Origin: Bacteroidaceae bacterium
GTDB taxonomy: Bacteria; Bacteroidota; Bacteroidia; Bacteroidales; Bacteroidaceae
NCBI GenBank assembly: GCA_017530735.1
Contig: JAFXMB010000057.1
Span: 19,275-83,274, forward strand
Direction of reading: 5' to 3'
DNA: 64,000 bases
Shown here: positions 10,015-20,140 of the stretch, one piece after another
How the letters are laid out: each line of letters starts with the position of its first letter
How positions within the stretch are numbered: position 1 is the stretch's first letter
Position numbers and translations under genes: made by a program
The notes under the pieces: generated by a model
The model's database searches: none
What the model saw: only the letters and a program-made list of their open reading frames with translations
What the model was told of the DNA's origin: nothing

Positions 10015-10557
10015 ATGAGAAAGCTTAATGTAACGGAACTTGGCAGAATTGATGTAGAACAATTCAAAAACAGCCGTAAACTGCCTCTTACCATTATATT
10101 GGACGATGTACGCAGCCTTTATAATGTAGGATCAGTGTTCCGTACATCGGATGCTTTCAGAGTTGAACGTATAATTCTTTGCGGTATAACCGCCACTCCC
10201 GATAATTCATTGGTCGAGATTCATAAGACTGCACTGGGTGCAGAGGAGAGTGTTGAATGGATTTACTCTCCTGATTGTGTCAGTGTTGTCAAGGAACTTA
10301 ATGAAAAAGGTTATATAACCGTTGCAGTAGAACAGGTCCAAGATAGCGTAAAGCTGGATAACCTGGTTGTTGATAAGACAAGAAGATATGCACTTGTTTT
10401 GGGTAATGAGGTGAAAGGTGTTAACCAGGATGTGGTTGATATCTGCAACTTTTCACTTGAAATACCTCAATACGGAACAAAACACTCACTGAACGTATCA
10501 GTGAGTGCAGGTCTTGTTATCTGGGAGTTTGCCCGTCAGTTAAAGGATCTCTTTTAA
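10015..10557 (+). CDS. SpoU/TrmH family RNA 2'-O-methyltransferase
   Basis: Motifs NVGSVFRTSDAF, VLGNEVKGV and IPQYGTKHSLNVSVSAGLVIWEF (SPOUT knot motifs). Confidence 0.8.
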   Translation: MRKLNVTELGRIDVEQFKNSRKLPLTIILDDVRSLYNVGSVFRTSDAFRVERIILCGITATPDNSLVEIHKTALGAEESVEWIYSPDCVSVVKELNEKGYITVAVEQVQDSVKLDNLVVDKTRRYALVLGNEVKGVNQDVVDICNFSLEIPQYGTKHSLNVSVSAGLVIWEFARQLKDLF

Positions 10558-13388
10558 TGTGCCTGCAGCCAGTTGTCACCCCAACCGCAATCGGCAATAA
10601 GGGGAACTGACATGGGCCATGCCTTCTGCATCTCTTCAATCACAATATTCTGAACCTTCTCTTCCTCACCTGGAACTACGTTGAAGTTGAGTTCGTCATG
10701 TACCTGAAGTATCATGGTTGACTTGATGTTCTCCTCACGGAATCGGCGGTAGATGGCAATCATTGCAATCTTGATGATATCGGCCGCACTTCCCTGAATT
10801 GGGGCGTTGATGGCGTTGCGCTCGGCAAATCCGCGTACGGTTGCATTGTGTGAGTTGATATCGGGCAGGTAACGCTTGCGTTTGAGTATGGTCTCTATAT
10901 ATCCTTTGGCACGTGCCTCCTCAATTGAGCGGTCCATATAGTTCTTAATTCCGCTGTATGTCTTGAAGTAGTTTTCAATCAATTCCTTGGCCTCGGTTCG
11001 GCTAACACCCATACGTTGTGCCAGACCAAAGGCCGATATTCCGTAAATGATACCAAAGTTTGCTGTCTTGGCCTTGCTGCGCTCACTCTTGGTAACCTCA
11101 TCTATCTTTTTGTGGAATACTTTGGCTGCGGTTGCCGCATGGATGTCGTGTCCCAGTTTAAAGTCCTCTATCATGTTCTGATCCTGACTCAGATGGGCCA
11201 TGATGCGGAGTTCAATCTGAGAGTAGTCGGCACTGAAGAACTTGCAACCGGGTTCAGGTATGAATGCCTTGCGCACCTCCTTGCCGTCCTCGTCACGTAC
11301 CGGTATGTTCTGCAGGTTGGGGTTGCTTGAACTGAGTCGTCCGGTGGCGGTTACGGTCTGGTTGTATGACGTATGTATCTTGCCGGTTGCGGGATTGACC
11401 AGTTGCGGCAGTGCATCGACATATGTACCAAGCAGTTTCTTGAGTCCGCGGTACTGCAGTATAAGGTCCACTATTTTGTGTTCGGCCCTTAAGGTCTCAA
11501 GAACATCCTCGGATGTCACGTACTGACCGGTCTTGGTTTTCTTGGGCTTGTCAACAATCTTCATTCGGTCAAACAGAATATCACCAACCTGCTTGGGTGA
11601 CAGTATGTTGAAGGGTGTTCCGCCTGCCTCCTGGTAAATCTCTTTTTCAAGTGCCTCCATGCGCTCGGTAAAGTGCTTTGATGTCTCGGCCAAAGCGTTG
11701 GGGTCTATCATGGCACCGTTACGTTCCATATAGGCAAGCACCTTTACAAGCGGCATCTCCACATCGCGGAACAAAGGAGTGGTTCCGTCCTTGTCCAGTT
11801 CCTTTTCAAGGATGGACTTTAACTGGAGAGTGATGTCGGCATCCTCACATGCATACTCGTAGACTGCATCCGGACTAAGATCGGCCATGTTCTTCTGACC
11901 GCGTCCCTTCTCTCCTATCAGTTCCTCAATATGGACTGTCTTGTAACCCAGGTATATTTCGGCCAGGTAGTCCATGTTGTGACGGAGTTCGGGTTGTATC
12001 AGGTAATGGGCAATCATGGTGTCAAAGAGCGGACCCTCCACCTGAATTCCGTAGTTGCCCAGAATCATGATGTCATATTTTATGTTCTGTCCGATCTTGA
12101 GAGTTGCCGGATTTTCAAAGACGGAGCGGAAAATCTCAAGCATCCGCTGCTTTCCCTCCTTCTCTTTGGGCATGGCCACATACCAGGCCTCATGTTCCTT
12201 TAATGCAATGCTCAATCCCACTATTTGGGCCGATATCGCATCAGTTCCGGTGGTTTCTGTGTCAAAACAGAAAAAATCACAGGTAGCGATTTTGTGGGCT
12301 AACGATTCAGCATCTTTTTCAGTCTCAATGAGATAGTACTCATGTTGCACTGATTTTATGTCCTTGAGATTTGAAAATTCCTGAGCAGGCTGGTCAGATG
12401 GCTGGAATAAATCAAAGAGATCGCCATGAAAACCGTCATTTTTGGGCTGTTTGGGCTGGGCGGTCTGTTGGCCGTTGTCTGCTTCCGCTGCGGTTTCAGG
12501 GAAAAGAGTCGGAGCGCTCTGACGTGATCTTACCTTTCCAATCAGAGTGCGGAACTCCAGGTCTTCAAAAATCGGGATGAGTTTCTGCTCGTCGGGTCCC
12601 TGGAATTTCAGGGACTCCATGTCAAGGTCGATGGGGACATCGGTTCTGATGGTTGCAAGCAGTCGGCTGAATTTTATCTGCTCAACGTTGCCCTCAACTT
12701 TTTCCTTAAGGGCACCTTTCAGTTTGTCGGTGTTGGCCAGCAGTCCGTCTATTCCTCCGAACTCGGTTATGAGTTTGACGGCTGTCTTCTCGCCTATGCC
12801 CGGGCAGCCGGGTATGTTGTCCGAACTGTCACCCATCAGGCCGAGCATATCGATCACCTGACATGTACTGTCAAGTCCGTATTTCTGTTTTACTTCCTGG
12901 GGACCCATTATCTCATAGCCGTTGTTACCGTAACGCGGACGGAATATCAGTGCCCTGTCAGTTACCAATTGGCAGTAGTCCTTATCGGGGGTCATCATAT
13001 AGGTGGTAATGCCCTTCTCATCGGCCTTTTTGGAAAGTGTGCCTATCACGTCATCGGCCTCGAATCCGGCCACCTCAAGTACGGGTATGCGGTATGCTTC
13101 AAGAATCTGCTTGATTACGGGCACTGACTCACGTATAACCTCGGGGGTCTCCTCGCGCTGTGCCTTGTACTCCTTGTAGAGTTCATGGCGGAATGTGCCT
13201 CCCTTAGGGTCAAACGCTACGCCTATATGGGTGGGTTTCTCATTGGTGAGAATATCCTCAAGGGTGTTCACAAAGCCAAGTACGGCCGATGTGTTGAACC
13301 CTTTTGAGTTTATCCTGGGCGCCTTGAGGAAAGCGTAGTACGCCCTGTATATAAGTGCGTATGCATCAAGCAGAAACAGTTTGTCCAT
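10554..13388 (-). CDS. polA: DNA polymerase I
   Basis: 944 aa. N-terminal 5'-3' exonuclease (LLDAYALIYRAYYA), motif A SADYSQIELRIMAHLS, motif B RSKAKTANFGIIYGISAFGLA, motif C LQVHDEL. Confidence 0.97.
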   Translation of the reverse strand: MDKLFLLDAYALIYRAYYAFLKAPRINSKGFNTSAVLGFVNTLEDILTNEKPTHIGVAFDPKGGTFRHELYKEYKAQREETPEVIRESVPVIKQILEAYRIPVLEVAGFEADDVIGTLSKKADEKGITTYMMTPDKDYCQLVTDRALIFRPRYGNNGYEIMGPQEVKQKYGLDSTCQVIDMLGLMGDSSDNIPGCPGIGEKTAVKLITEFGGIDGLLANTDKLKGALKEKVEGNVEQIKFSRLLATIRTDVPIDLDMESLKFQGPDEQKLIPIFEDLEFRTLIGKVRSRQSAPTLFPETAAEADNGQQTAQPKQPKNDGFHGDLFDLFQPSDQPAQEFSNLKDIKSVQHEYYLIETEKDAESLAHKIATCDFFCFDTETTGTDAISAQIVGLSIALKEHEAWYVAMPKEKEGKQRMLEIFRSVFENPATLKIGQNIKYDIMILGNYGIQVEGPLFDTMIAHYLIQPELRHNMDYLAEIYLGYKTVHIEELIGEKGRGQKNMADLSPDAVYEYACEDADITLQLKSILEKELDKDGTTPLFRDVEMPLVKVLAYMERNGAMIDPNALAETSKHFTERMEALEKEIYQEAGGTPFNILSPKQVGDILFDRMKIVDKPKKTKTGQYVTSEDVLETLRAEHKIVDLILQYRGLKKLLGTYVDALPQLVNPATGKIHTSYNQTVTATGRLSSSNPNLQNIPVRDEDGKEVRKAFIPEPGCKFFSADYSQIELRIMAHLSQDQNMIEDFKLGHDIHAATAAKVFHKKIDEVTKSERSKAKTANFGIIYGISAFGLAQRMGVSRTEAKELIENYFKTYSGIKNYMDRSIEEARAKGYIETILKRKRYLPDINSHNATVRGFAERNAINAPIQGSAADIIKIAMIAIYRRFREENIKSTMILQVHDELNFNVVPGEEEKVQNIVIEEMQKAWPMSVPLIADCGWGDNWLQAH

Positions 13389-13444
13389 ATAGAGAGTATT
13401 GATACGTAAAAATACAAATTTTTCCTTAAACGGACATTTATTGC

Positions 13445-13452
13445 TAATTTTG
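13445..13452 (+). promoter_or_regulatory. candidate -7 box TAATTTTG for the polyprenyl synthase gene
   Basis: Matches TAnnTTTG only 8 nt upstream of the ATG at 13461, which implies a very short leader. Confidence 0.4.
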
Positions 13453-13460
13453 CACCAGGT

Positions 13461-14432
13461 ATGGATGTTATAAAGCAGATATGTGCTCCCATAGAGCTAG
13501 AGTTTGAAGAGTTTCGTAAACGATACTCTTCGCTGTTTTCATCGGCCAATCCCGGTGTTGACGTCCTGCTCAAGTTCCTTCTGGAACGAAAGGGTAAACT
13601 GATGCGTCCCATTCTTGTTCTGCTGGTAGCCAAGTGCTACGGAACGGTAAAGGACAGTACATACCATCTGGCATCGGCTGTTGAGTTACTGCACCAGGGC
13701 AGTCTCATTCATGATGACGTGGTCGATGAGAGTGATAAGCGCCGCGGAAAACAATCTGCCAATGCCGTATATGACAATAAGATGGCGGTTCTTCTGGGTG
13801 ATTACATTGTATCAATGGCACTCAGACAGATAACCGCTACATCCAATGTCAAGAGTGTCGATGCACTTTCAACCCTGATAGGAACGCTTTCAGAGGGTGA
13901 GATTACCCAACTCAACGCACTTGACAACACCAAACTTTCAGAGGATCTCTACTTTGATATCATATCCAAGAAAACGGCTATACTGTTTTCGTCGTGCACA
14001 TCACTTTCAGCCCTTTTGAGCGGTGCATCCGATGCAGACATAGAAGCTTTCCGCCAGTTCGGACATGTGGCAGGTCTCTGCTTCCAGATAATGGATGACA
14101 TTCTGGATTATCATGACAGCAGTGAGACAGGCAAGCCTTCGGGCAATGACCTCAAGGAGGGTAAGTTCACACTTCCGGCCATCTATGCCCTGACTCACAG
14201 TGACCGTGACTGGTCCGCTCATATCAAGGCAATCCGTTCTCTTGAGGCTACTCCCGAACAGATCCGTGAGGTTACTGAATATTCCGTTTCCAACGGCGGA
14301 ATAGAGTATTCGCTCGCCAAGATGGAGGAACTGAAAAAGCAGGCAATCCAGGGACTGCCCGCTTTCATATCTGCTGAACTCCGAGGTTCGTTTGAGTGCT
14401 ATCTGGAGTTAATTACCAATCGCGTCAAGTAA
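13461..14432 (+). CDS. polyprenyl diphosphate synthase (trans-isoprenyl, long-chain type)
   Basis: First and second Asp-rich motifs LIHDDVVDESDKRRG and QIMDDILD. Confidence 0.85.
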   Translation: MDVIKQICAPIELEFEEFRKRYSSLFSSANPGVDVLLKFLLERKGKLMRPILVLLVAKCYGTVKDSTYHLASAVELLHQGSLIHDDVVDESDKRRGKQSANAVYDNKMAVLLGDYIVSMALRQITATSNVKSVDALSTLIGTLSEGEITQLNALDNTKLSEDLYFDIISKKTAILFSSCTSLSALLSGASDADIEAFRQFGHVAGLCFQIMDDILDYHDSSETGKPSGNDLKEGKFTLPAIYALTHSDRDWSAHIKAIRSLEATPEQIREVTEYSVSNGGIEYSLAKMEELKKQAIQGLPAFISAELRGSFECYLELITNRVK

Positions 14433-15317
14433 CTTGTCGGCCAGGCGGCTGGCACCTATGCGGAAACGGGTGTTGTTGAGCCACTCTTTTCCCAGAACTA
14501 TCTTTGCGATAGTCCAATAGAGCAGCGCGTCATCTACAGTGCTTATTCCACCGGCAGCCTTAACACCTACTGAACGTCCGGTTTCATCGGCGTATTCGCG
14601 TATTGTCTTGCACATTACGCAGAATGATTCAGGATCGGCTCCGGGAACCTCCTTTCCGGTTGATGTCTTAATGAAATCAGCACCTGAATACATTGCTATC
14701 AGTGATGCTTTCTTCACGTTGTCAAGTGTTTCAAGCGCACCGGTCTCAAGTATAACCTTCAGTGTCTTGTCGGCGCAGAGTGACTTGAGTTCGTCTATCT
14801 CATCGGCCAGGGTCTCATAGTCTCCGTTCAGTATGTGACCTGCGTTCTGTACTATGTCTATCTCATCGGCACCGTCATGCAGGGCAAGTGAAGTCTCGGC
14901 AACCTTAACCTCAAAGAAGGTCTGTGATGAGGGGAAACCGCCTGCTACACAGCATGTTTTCACGCTCTCAACCTCAAGTGAGCGGCTTACTGTCTGAGCG
15001 TAGAGGGGCCAGGTGCAGATTGATGCAACTGACGGCAGGTCAGGATACTGATCCTCCATCTTGTTTACCTTCTCTACAAATGCCAATACCGTATCCTCAT
15101 TGTCGGTGGGTTTGAGGGTGGTCAGGTCTATGCAGCTGAATATCTTCTTAAGGGTCTCCTTGTCATGTGTTCCGAAAGCCTCTTTTTTTGCCTTTTCAAC
15201 AACGGATTTGACCCATGCGGCATCAACTTTCATGTTGTACTTGCTGAACGCCTCGCTGAACTTGTCTGTAGTGGGTTCATTTACAGACTGTTGCTCCATT
15301 TCATCGTAGAATTCCAT
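14409..15317 (-). CDS. deoC: deoxyribose-phosphate aldolase (long form)
   Basis: The Schiff-base lysine context is ADFIKTSTGKE; also GVKAAGGI. The 3' end overlaps the convergent polyprenyl synthase gene by 24 nt. Confidence 0.85.
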   Translation of the reverse strand: MEFYDEMEQQSVNEPTTDKFSEAFSKYNMKVDAAWVKSVVEKAKKEAFGTHDKETLKKIFSCIDLTTLKPTDNEDTVLAFVEKVNKMEDQYPDLPSVASICTWPLYAQTVSRSLEVESVKTCCVAGGFPSSQTFFEVKVAETSLALHDGADEIDIVQNAGHILNGDYETLADEIDELKSLCADKTLKVILETGALETLDNVKKASLIAMYSGADFIKTSTGKEVPGADPESFCVMCKTIREYADETGRSVGVKAAGGISTVDDALLYWTIAKIVLGKEWLNNTRFRIGASRLADKLLDAIGN

Positions 15318-15318
15318 A

Positions 15319-15771
15319 TTATTCCTTGTTTTTTGTATCCATTATTATCGTTGTCGGACCGTCATTTAGTAATGATACTTTCATGTCGGCACCGAATATG
15401 CCTTTTTCAACCTTTTTGCCCGACTCCTTTTCAAGTGCCCGGCAGAACTTCTCATACATGGGCTCTGCATAATCACCCTTTGAAGCCCTTATGTAAGATG
15501 GCCTGTTTCCCTTCTTGGTGCTGGCCATGAGGGTGAACTGGCTGACTGCCAGAAGACCTCCTCCCACATCCATAACGGAAAGGTTCATTACGCCGTTTTC
15601 ATCGTTGAATATGCGCAGTCCCACTATCTTTTTGGTGAGCCACTCTATATCCTCCTCATTATCAGCATCCTCTATGCCCACTAGTATGAGCAGACCTTGA
15701 TTAATGGCGCCTGTCACCTTGCCGTCAACCTTGACGCTTGCCTCTGTTACCCTCTGTATTACAGCTCTCAT
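15319..15771 (-). CDS. dtd: D-aminoacyl-tRNA deacylase
   Basis: 150 aa. Motifs MRAVIQRV, SQFTL, KGNRPS and GADMKVSLLNDGPTT. Confidence 0.92.
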   Translation of the reverse strand: MRAVIQRVTEASVKVDGKVTGAINQGLLILVGIEDADNEEDIEWLTKKIVGLRIFNDENGVMNLSVMDVGGGLLAVSQFTLMASTKKGNRPSYIRASKGDYAEPMYEKFCRALEKESGKKVEKGIFGADMKVSLLNDGPTTIIMDTKNKE

Positions 15772-17582
15772 TTGTGAAACCAGTTATATATTGTCTGAGC
15801 CTTTGCTTTTCCTACCTCAGAGGTCAGTTCCTCTAGATTTGCCTCCGAAATCCTCTTAACGCTCTTGAACCTTCTTATCAGAGATGTGGCTGTATTCTCT
15901 CCAATCCCCTTTATATCAGTAAGTTCAGAGTGAGTCTGACGCTTGCTGCGTTTCTTTTTATGGAACGAAATAGCCACACGGTGAACCTCCTCCTGCATCT
16001 GCTCCAGCAGGCGGAACAGTTCGCTGTCCGGTTTTACACCCACCTCCATCTGCGGGAATCCGTAAAGAAGGCCCGATGTCTTATGGTGGGCGTTTTTGAC
16101 AAGGCCAGCAATATTGATTGTAATATTCAGATTATCAATCACTTCCTTTGCAATAGACATCTGTCCCTTACCGCCGTCCACTATTACCAGGTCAGGCAGT
16201 GCGGTGCCCTCATCGACCGCTCTCATCCAACGGCGCATCATGACCTCATACATGGATCCGTAATCATCGCCTCCGGCACCGCTCTTGATGTTGTAAAGGC
16301 GATAGTCCTTACGTGACGGTTTGCCGTTCTCATATACCACACAGGCGGCTACGGCATCGGTTCCGGATATGTGTGAGTTATCAAAGCACTCTATGCGGAG
16401 CGGAGTCTTTTCCATTCCCAGAAGTGTGCCCAACTCTTTCATGAGCCTTACGTGTTTCTGCTCGGGATTGAGTTTGTCGCTCCGCTTAAGGCGGTCTGCC
16501 CTGTACTGCTTAACGTTCAGGGCTGAAAGGTCCAGCAGTTTTTTCTTTTCACCCTTTTGAGGTACGGTCCAGGTTACCCCTGTTATCTCGGCCTCGGGCA
16601 TGAAGGGAACTATGATTTCACGGGCAGTACTCTTGTATCGGCCCCTCATCTCGACTATGGCAAGCATCAGCATTTCATCGAGTGATTCGTCCATCTTGCG
16701 CTTGTACTCAAAGGTGAACGCCTGATTGATGCATCCGCCTGCCACATGCAGGTAGTTTACAAAGACCACATCGTCATCATTGTCTATGTTGTAGACATCA
16801 ACATTGTCCAATCCGGTATCAACCACCCTGCTCTTTTCGCGGAACTCCATGATGGTATCAAACCGCACCTTAACCTCCTGAGCCTCTTCAAATCTCATCT
16901 CTGCCGAGAGTTTCTTCATCTCCTGCATCATGGATCTGGTCAGGTCCTGACTGCGTCCTTTCAGTATCTCACGGATTTCGGCTATCTGAGCGTTGTAATC
17001 GGCTCTGGACACATGTCCTATGCAAGGTGCAGGGCAGTTCTTAATGTGATATTCAAGACACTCTTTATACTTGCCGGCTTTGATTGCCTCCTCGGTAAGC
17101 GGCAACCTGCAGGTCCTGACTTTATAAGCCTGTGCTATTATCTGCAAAAGTCCGTTCAGAGTACCCGTATGGCTGAATGGTCCGTAATACTCGCTTCCGT
17201 TGCGTATTATCTTGCGGGTCTTGAAAACACGGGGATAATCCTCACGCGTAATGCAGATTGAAGGATATGTCTTGTCATCCTTAAGCAGGATGTTATAGCG
17301 CGGCTTATAACGCTTAATCAGATTGTTTTCAAGCAGGAAAGCATCCCATTCCGTCTCTACCACAATATACTTGAGGTCCGATATTCGGCTCACAAGCATT
17401 CTTGTCTTGTCGGTCTGGTTCTCCTTGAGGAAGTATGACGATACCCTGCGCTTAAGGTTTTTGGCCTTTCCTACGTATATGACGGTTCCCTGCTCGTCCA
17501 GATACTGGTAACAACCGGGTTTTTCCGGAAGGTTCTGGACAATCAGTTTCAGATGTTTCTCGTATGCTTCCCTGCCTTTCAA
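15768..17582 (-). CDS. uvrC: excinuclease ABC subunit C
   Basis: GIY-YIG module (PGCYQYLDEQGTVIYVGKAKNLKRRVSSY), UVR domain, and C-terminal HhH (LTDIKGIGENTATSLI). The start appears to be the TTG at 17582, and no nearby in-frame ATG exists, so the start is somewhat uncertain. Confidence 0.93.
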   Translation of the reverse strand: MKGREAYEKHLKLIVQNLPEKPGCYQYLDEQGTVIYVGKAKNLKRRVSSYFLKENQTDKTRMLVSRISDLKYIVVETEWDAFLLENNLIKRYKPRYNILLKDDKTYPSICITREDYPRVFKTRKIIRNGSEYYGPFSHTGTLNGLLQIIAQAYKVRTCRLPLTEEAIKAGKYKECLEYHIKNCPAPCIGHVSRADYNAQIAEIREILKGRSQDLTRSMMQEMKKLSAEMRFEEAQEVKVRFDTIMEFREKSRVVDTGLDNVDVYNIDNDDDVVFVNYLHVAGGCINQAFTFEYKRKMDESLDEMLMLAIVEMRGRYKSTAREIIVPFMPEAEITGVTWTVPQKGEKKKLLDLSALNVKQYRADRLKRSDKLNPEQKHVRLMKELGTLLGMEKTPLRIECFDNSHISGTDAVAACVVYENGKPSRKDYRLYNIKSGAGGDDYGSMYEVMMRRWMRAVDEGTALPDLVIVDGGKGQMSIAKEVIDNLNITINIAGLVKNAHHKTSGLLYGFPQMEVGVKPDSELFRLLEQMQEEVHRVAISFHKKKRSKRQTHSELTDIKGIGENTATSLIRRFKSVKRISEANLEELTSEVGKAKAQTIYNWFHK

Positions 17583-17583
17583 A

Positions 17584-18129
17584 TCAGTTTATACCGTCAA
17601 ATTCGTCAATTGCAATGAAACTGTCCACCGGACAATCCTTTGGGAACAGATCCTTTGCATGGAAATTGGTGAGCTCGATGATGCAGTTTATCAGAATCTT
17701 CTTGGGTCCCAGTGACTGTACCAGTTTCTGTGAAGCCAGAAGTGTACCTCCTGTTGCCAGCAGGTCATCATGGATAAGAACCACATCATTGCTGTTTATG
17801 GAGTCCTTGTGCATCTCAACGCGGTCAAATCCGTATTCCTTCTTGTACTCAATGCTTACCTTCTCATAAGGAAGTTTGCCCGGCTTGCGGATAGGAACAA
17901 AGCCTGCTCCCAGTCTGTATGCCAGTGCGGCACCTACAATGAATCCTCTGGATTCTACACCACAGACCTTGGTTATACCCTTGTCCTTGTACATTTCATA
18001 AAGAGAATCCACTATCTCTTTCAGGTCCTCGGGATTCATGAACCATGATGTTACATCCTTGAACTGAACGCCCTCCATGGGATAATCCGGAATGTTACGG
18101 AGGTGGCTGATAAGCGTTTGTTTACTCAT
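17584..18129 (-). CDS. apt: adenine phosphoribosyltransferase
   Basis: PRPP-binding motif VVLIHDDLLATGGT in a 181-aa protein. Confidence 0.9.
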   Translation of the reverse strand: MSKQTLISHLRNIPDYPMEGVQFKDVTSWFMNPEDLKEIVDSLYEMYKDKGITKVCGVESRGFIVGAALAYRLGAGFVPIRKPGKLPYEKVSIEYKKEYGFDRVEMHKDSINSNDVVLIHDDLLATGGTLLASQKLVQSLGPKKILINCIIELTNFHAKDLFPKDCPVDSFIAIDEFDGIN

Positions 18130-18164
18130 ATTTTCTAAATTGTTTCACGTGGAACATTTTGTTT

Positions 18165-20039
18165 TTATCGGTTCAAAAGCACCAGCAGAACATTGATGTC
18201 GCTGGGTGAAACGCCAGGGATACGGCTTGCCTCGGCAAGAGTCTCGGGGTCGTGCTTGATCAGTTTCTGGCGGCACTCGGTTGATAGAGACTGAAGTGAA
18301 CTGTAATCAAAGCGGCCTTTGATGCGGATATCCTCAAGACGTTTCATCTTGTCGGCTATCAGACGCTCGCGGCTTATGTATCCGCTGTACTTCATCAGAA
18401 TCTCGGCGGCCTCGGTTATCTCTTCCCTGCGCTCCGGCTCGGTTTTTTCAAGTTCAGCCTTAAGAGCCTTAATGTGCGGGGTCAGGTTTTCAAGCGTCAA
18501 CTGAGGTCTTTCAATAAGGTCGGCCAGTTTACATCCCTCACGCAGCGGTGTGGTGCCAAGAGTCTCAAGTGCATCGTTGATCAATGCCGGTTTTACGGAG
18601 AATCCTTTTGCAAAATCCACTATACGGTTTATCGCGTCACGCTTGGTACGCATCTTGTCGTAGCGCTCCTTTGTGGCAAGACCTATGTTGTAGGCACGCT
18701 CGGTGAGTCGGATATCGGCATCATCCTGACGCAGCAGTATGCGGTACTCGGCCCTTGATGTGAACATACGGTAGGGTTCATCCACACCCTTGGTTATAAG
18801 GTCATCTACCAGAACACCTATGTATGCCTCGTCACGGGCCAGTGTAAACGGTGCTCCGCCGTGGCAGGTAATGTGTGCGTTTATGCCGGCCAGTATTCCC
18901 TGTCCGCCGGCTTCCTCATAACCGGTGGTTCCGTTAACCTGTCCGGCCATGAACAGACCGGATACAACCTTTGACTCAAGAGTGTGCTTAAGTTGGGTAG
19001 GATCAAAATAGTCATATTCTATGGCGTAACCCGGACGGTAGATAACCAGGTCGCGGAAAGCGGGAATCTCCTTGAGCGCGCGTATCTGGACATCCATGGG
19101 CATGGATGATGAGAATCCGTTCAGGTACATCTCATTAGTATTCTCACCCTCGGGTTCCAGGAAAAGCTGATGCTGGTCCTTATCGGGAAATGTCACCAGT
19201 TTGGTCTCTATGCTGGGGCAGTAACGGGGGCCGATGCTCTTGATCTGTCCGTTAAACAGTGGTGAGTCGGCAAGTCCGGATTTGAGAACCTCATGGACTT
19301 TTTCATTTGTGTAGGTGGTCCAGCAGCACATCTGCTTGAGATGACGCTCGGAGCCCATGAATGAGAAACGGTGAAAATCGTTCTCGCCGTCCTGGCGTTC
19401 CATCTCCTCAAAGTGGACGCTGCGGCTGTCAATACGTACGGGTGTGCCGGTTTTCATTCGGCCGGTACGTATTCCGTGACGGGTTATGGATTCGGTAAGC
19501 AGGTATGACGCTGGTTCCGATATGCGTCCGCCGGGCATGGTGACACGACCTATATGCATTAGTCCGTTCAGGAATGTTCCGGCGGTAAGAACTACACACC
19601 TGCAACTGAACTCGGCACCCTCAAGTGTCTTTAAACCAACAACTTGGCCGTCTTTTACCAGCAGTTCGGTCACGGTGTCCTGCCAGATGTTGAGGTTGGG
19701 CTGGTTCTCCAGTACGCTGCGCCAGGCCCAGATGAACTTGGCTCGGTCGCACTGTGCGCGGGGGCTCCACATGGCGGGGCCTTTGGAACGGTTAAGTATG
19801 CGGAACTGTATGGCAGTGCGGTCAGTGACTAGTCCCATGTGTCCGCCAAGAGCATCTATCTCTCTGACAATCTGTCCTTTAGCTATACCGCCAACGGCAG
19901 GATTACAGCTCATTTGGGCAATCTTGTTCATGTCCATGGTTATCAGACAGGTCTTGGAACCCATCTGAGCTGCAGCGGCGGCGGCTTCACATCCGGCATG
20001 TCCGGCGCCAATTACTATCACATCATACTTAAAGTCCAT
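18165..20039 (-). CDS. mnmG: tRNA uridine-5-carboxymethylaminomethyl synthesis enzyme MnmG (GidA)
   Basis: 624 aa. FAD motif YDVIVIGAGHAGCEAA, plus GPRYCPSIE and TSRAEYRILLRQDDAD. Confidence 0.97.
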   Translation of the reverse strand: MDFKYDVIVIGAGHAGCEAAAAAAQMGSKTCLITMDMNKIAQMSCNPAVGGIAKGQIVREIDALGGHMGLVTDRTAIQFRILNRSKGPAMWSPRAQCDRAKFIWAWRSVLENQPNLNIWQDTVTELLVKDGQVVGLKTLEGAEFSCRCVVLTAGTFLNGLMHIGRVTMPGGRISEPASYLLTESITRHGIRTGRMKTGTPVRIDSRSVHFEEMERQDGENDFHRFSFMGSERHLKQMCCWTTYTNEKVHEVLKSGLADSPLFNGQIKSIGPRYCPSIETKLVTFPDKDQHQLFLEPEGENTNEMYLNGFSSSMPMDVQIRALKEIPAFRDLVIYRPGYAIEYDYFDPTQLKHTLESKVVSGLFMAGQVNGTTGYEEAGGQGILAGINAHITCHGGAPFTLARDEAYIGVLVDDLITKGVDEPYRMFTSRAEYRILLRQDDADIRLTERAYNIGLATKERYDKMRTKRDAINRIVDFAKGFSVKPALINDALETLGTTPLREGCKLADLIERPQLTLENLTPHIKALKAELEKTEPERREEITEAAEILMKYSGYISRERLIADKMKRLEDIRIKGRFDYSSLQSLSTECRQKLIKHDPETLAEASRIPGVSPSDINVLLVLLNR

Positions 20040-20115
20040 ACAAACTCCAAAGTTACTGCAAAATCTTGGAATGGAAGATATTAGGGATGGTTCTGTTTAT
20101 TTTGTGCTTTTGTAG

Positions 20116-20123
20116 TACTTTTG
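20116..20123 (+). promoter_or_regulatory. candidate -7 box TACTTTTG for the GNAT-TauE pair
   Basis: Matches TAnnTTTG, 17 nt upstream of the ATG at 20141. Confidence 0.4.
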
Positions 20124-20140
20124 CCTGAAACAATCAGGAA

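Noticed and set aside
18165-20140. Proximity of mnmG (gidA), which flanks oriC in many bacteria, as a hint that an origin lies in the window.
   Set aside because: The intergenic regions flanking mnmG are short (35 and 101 nt) and show no DnaA-box cluster or AT-rich unwinding element. gidA-oriC linkage is not conserved in Bacteroidetes.
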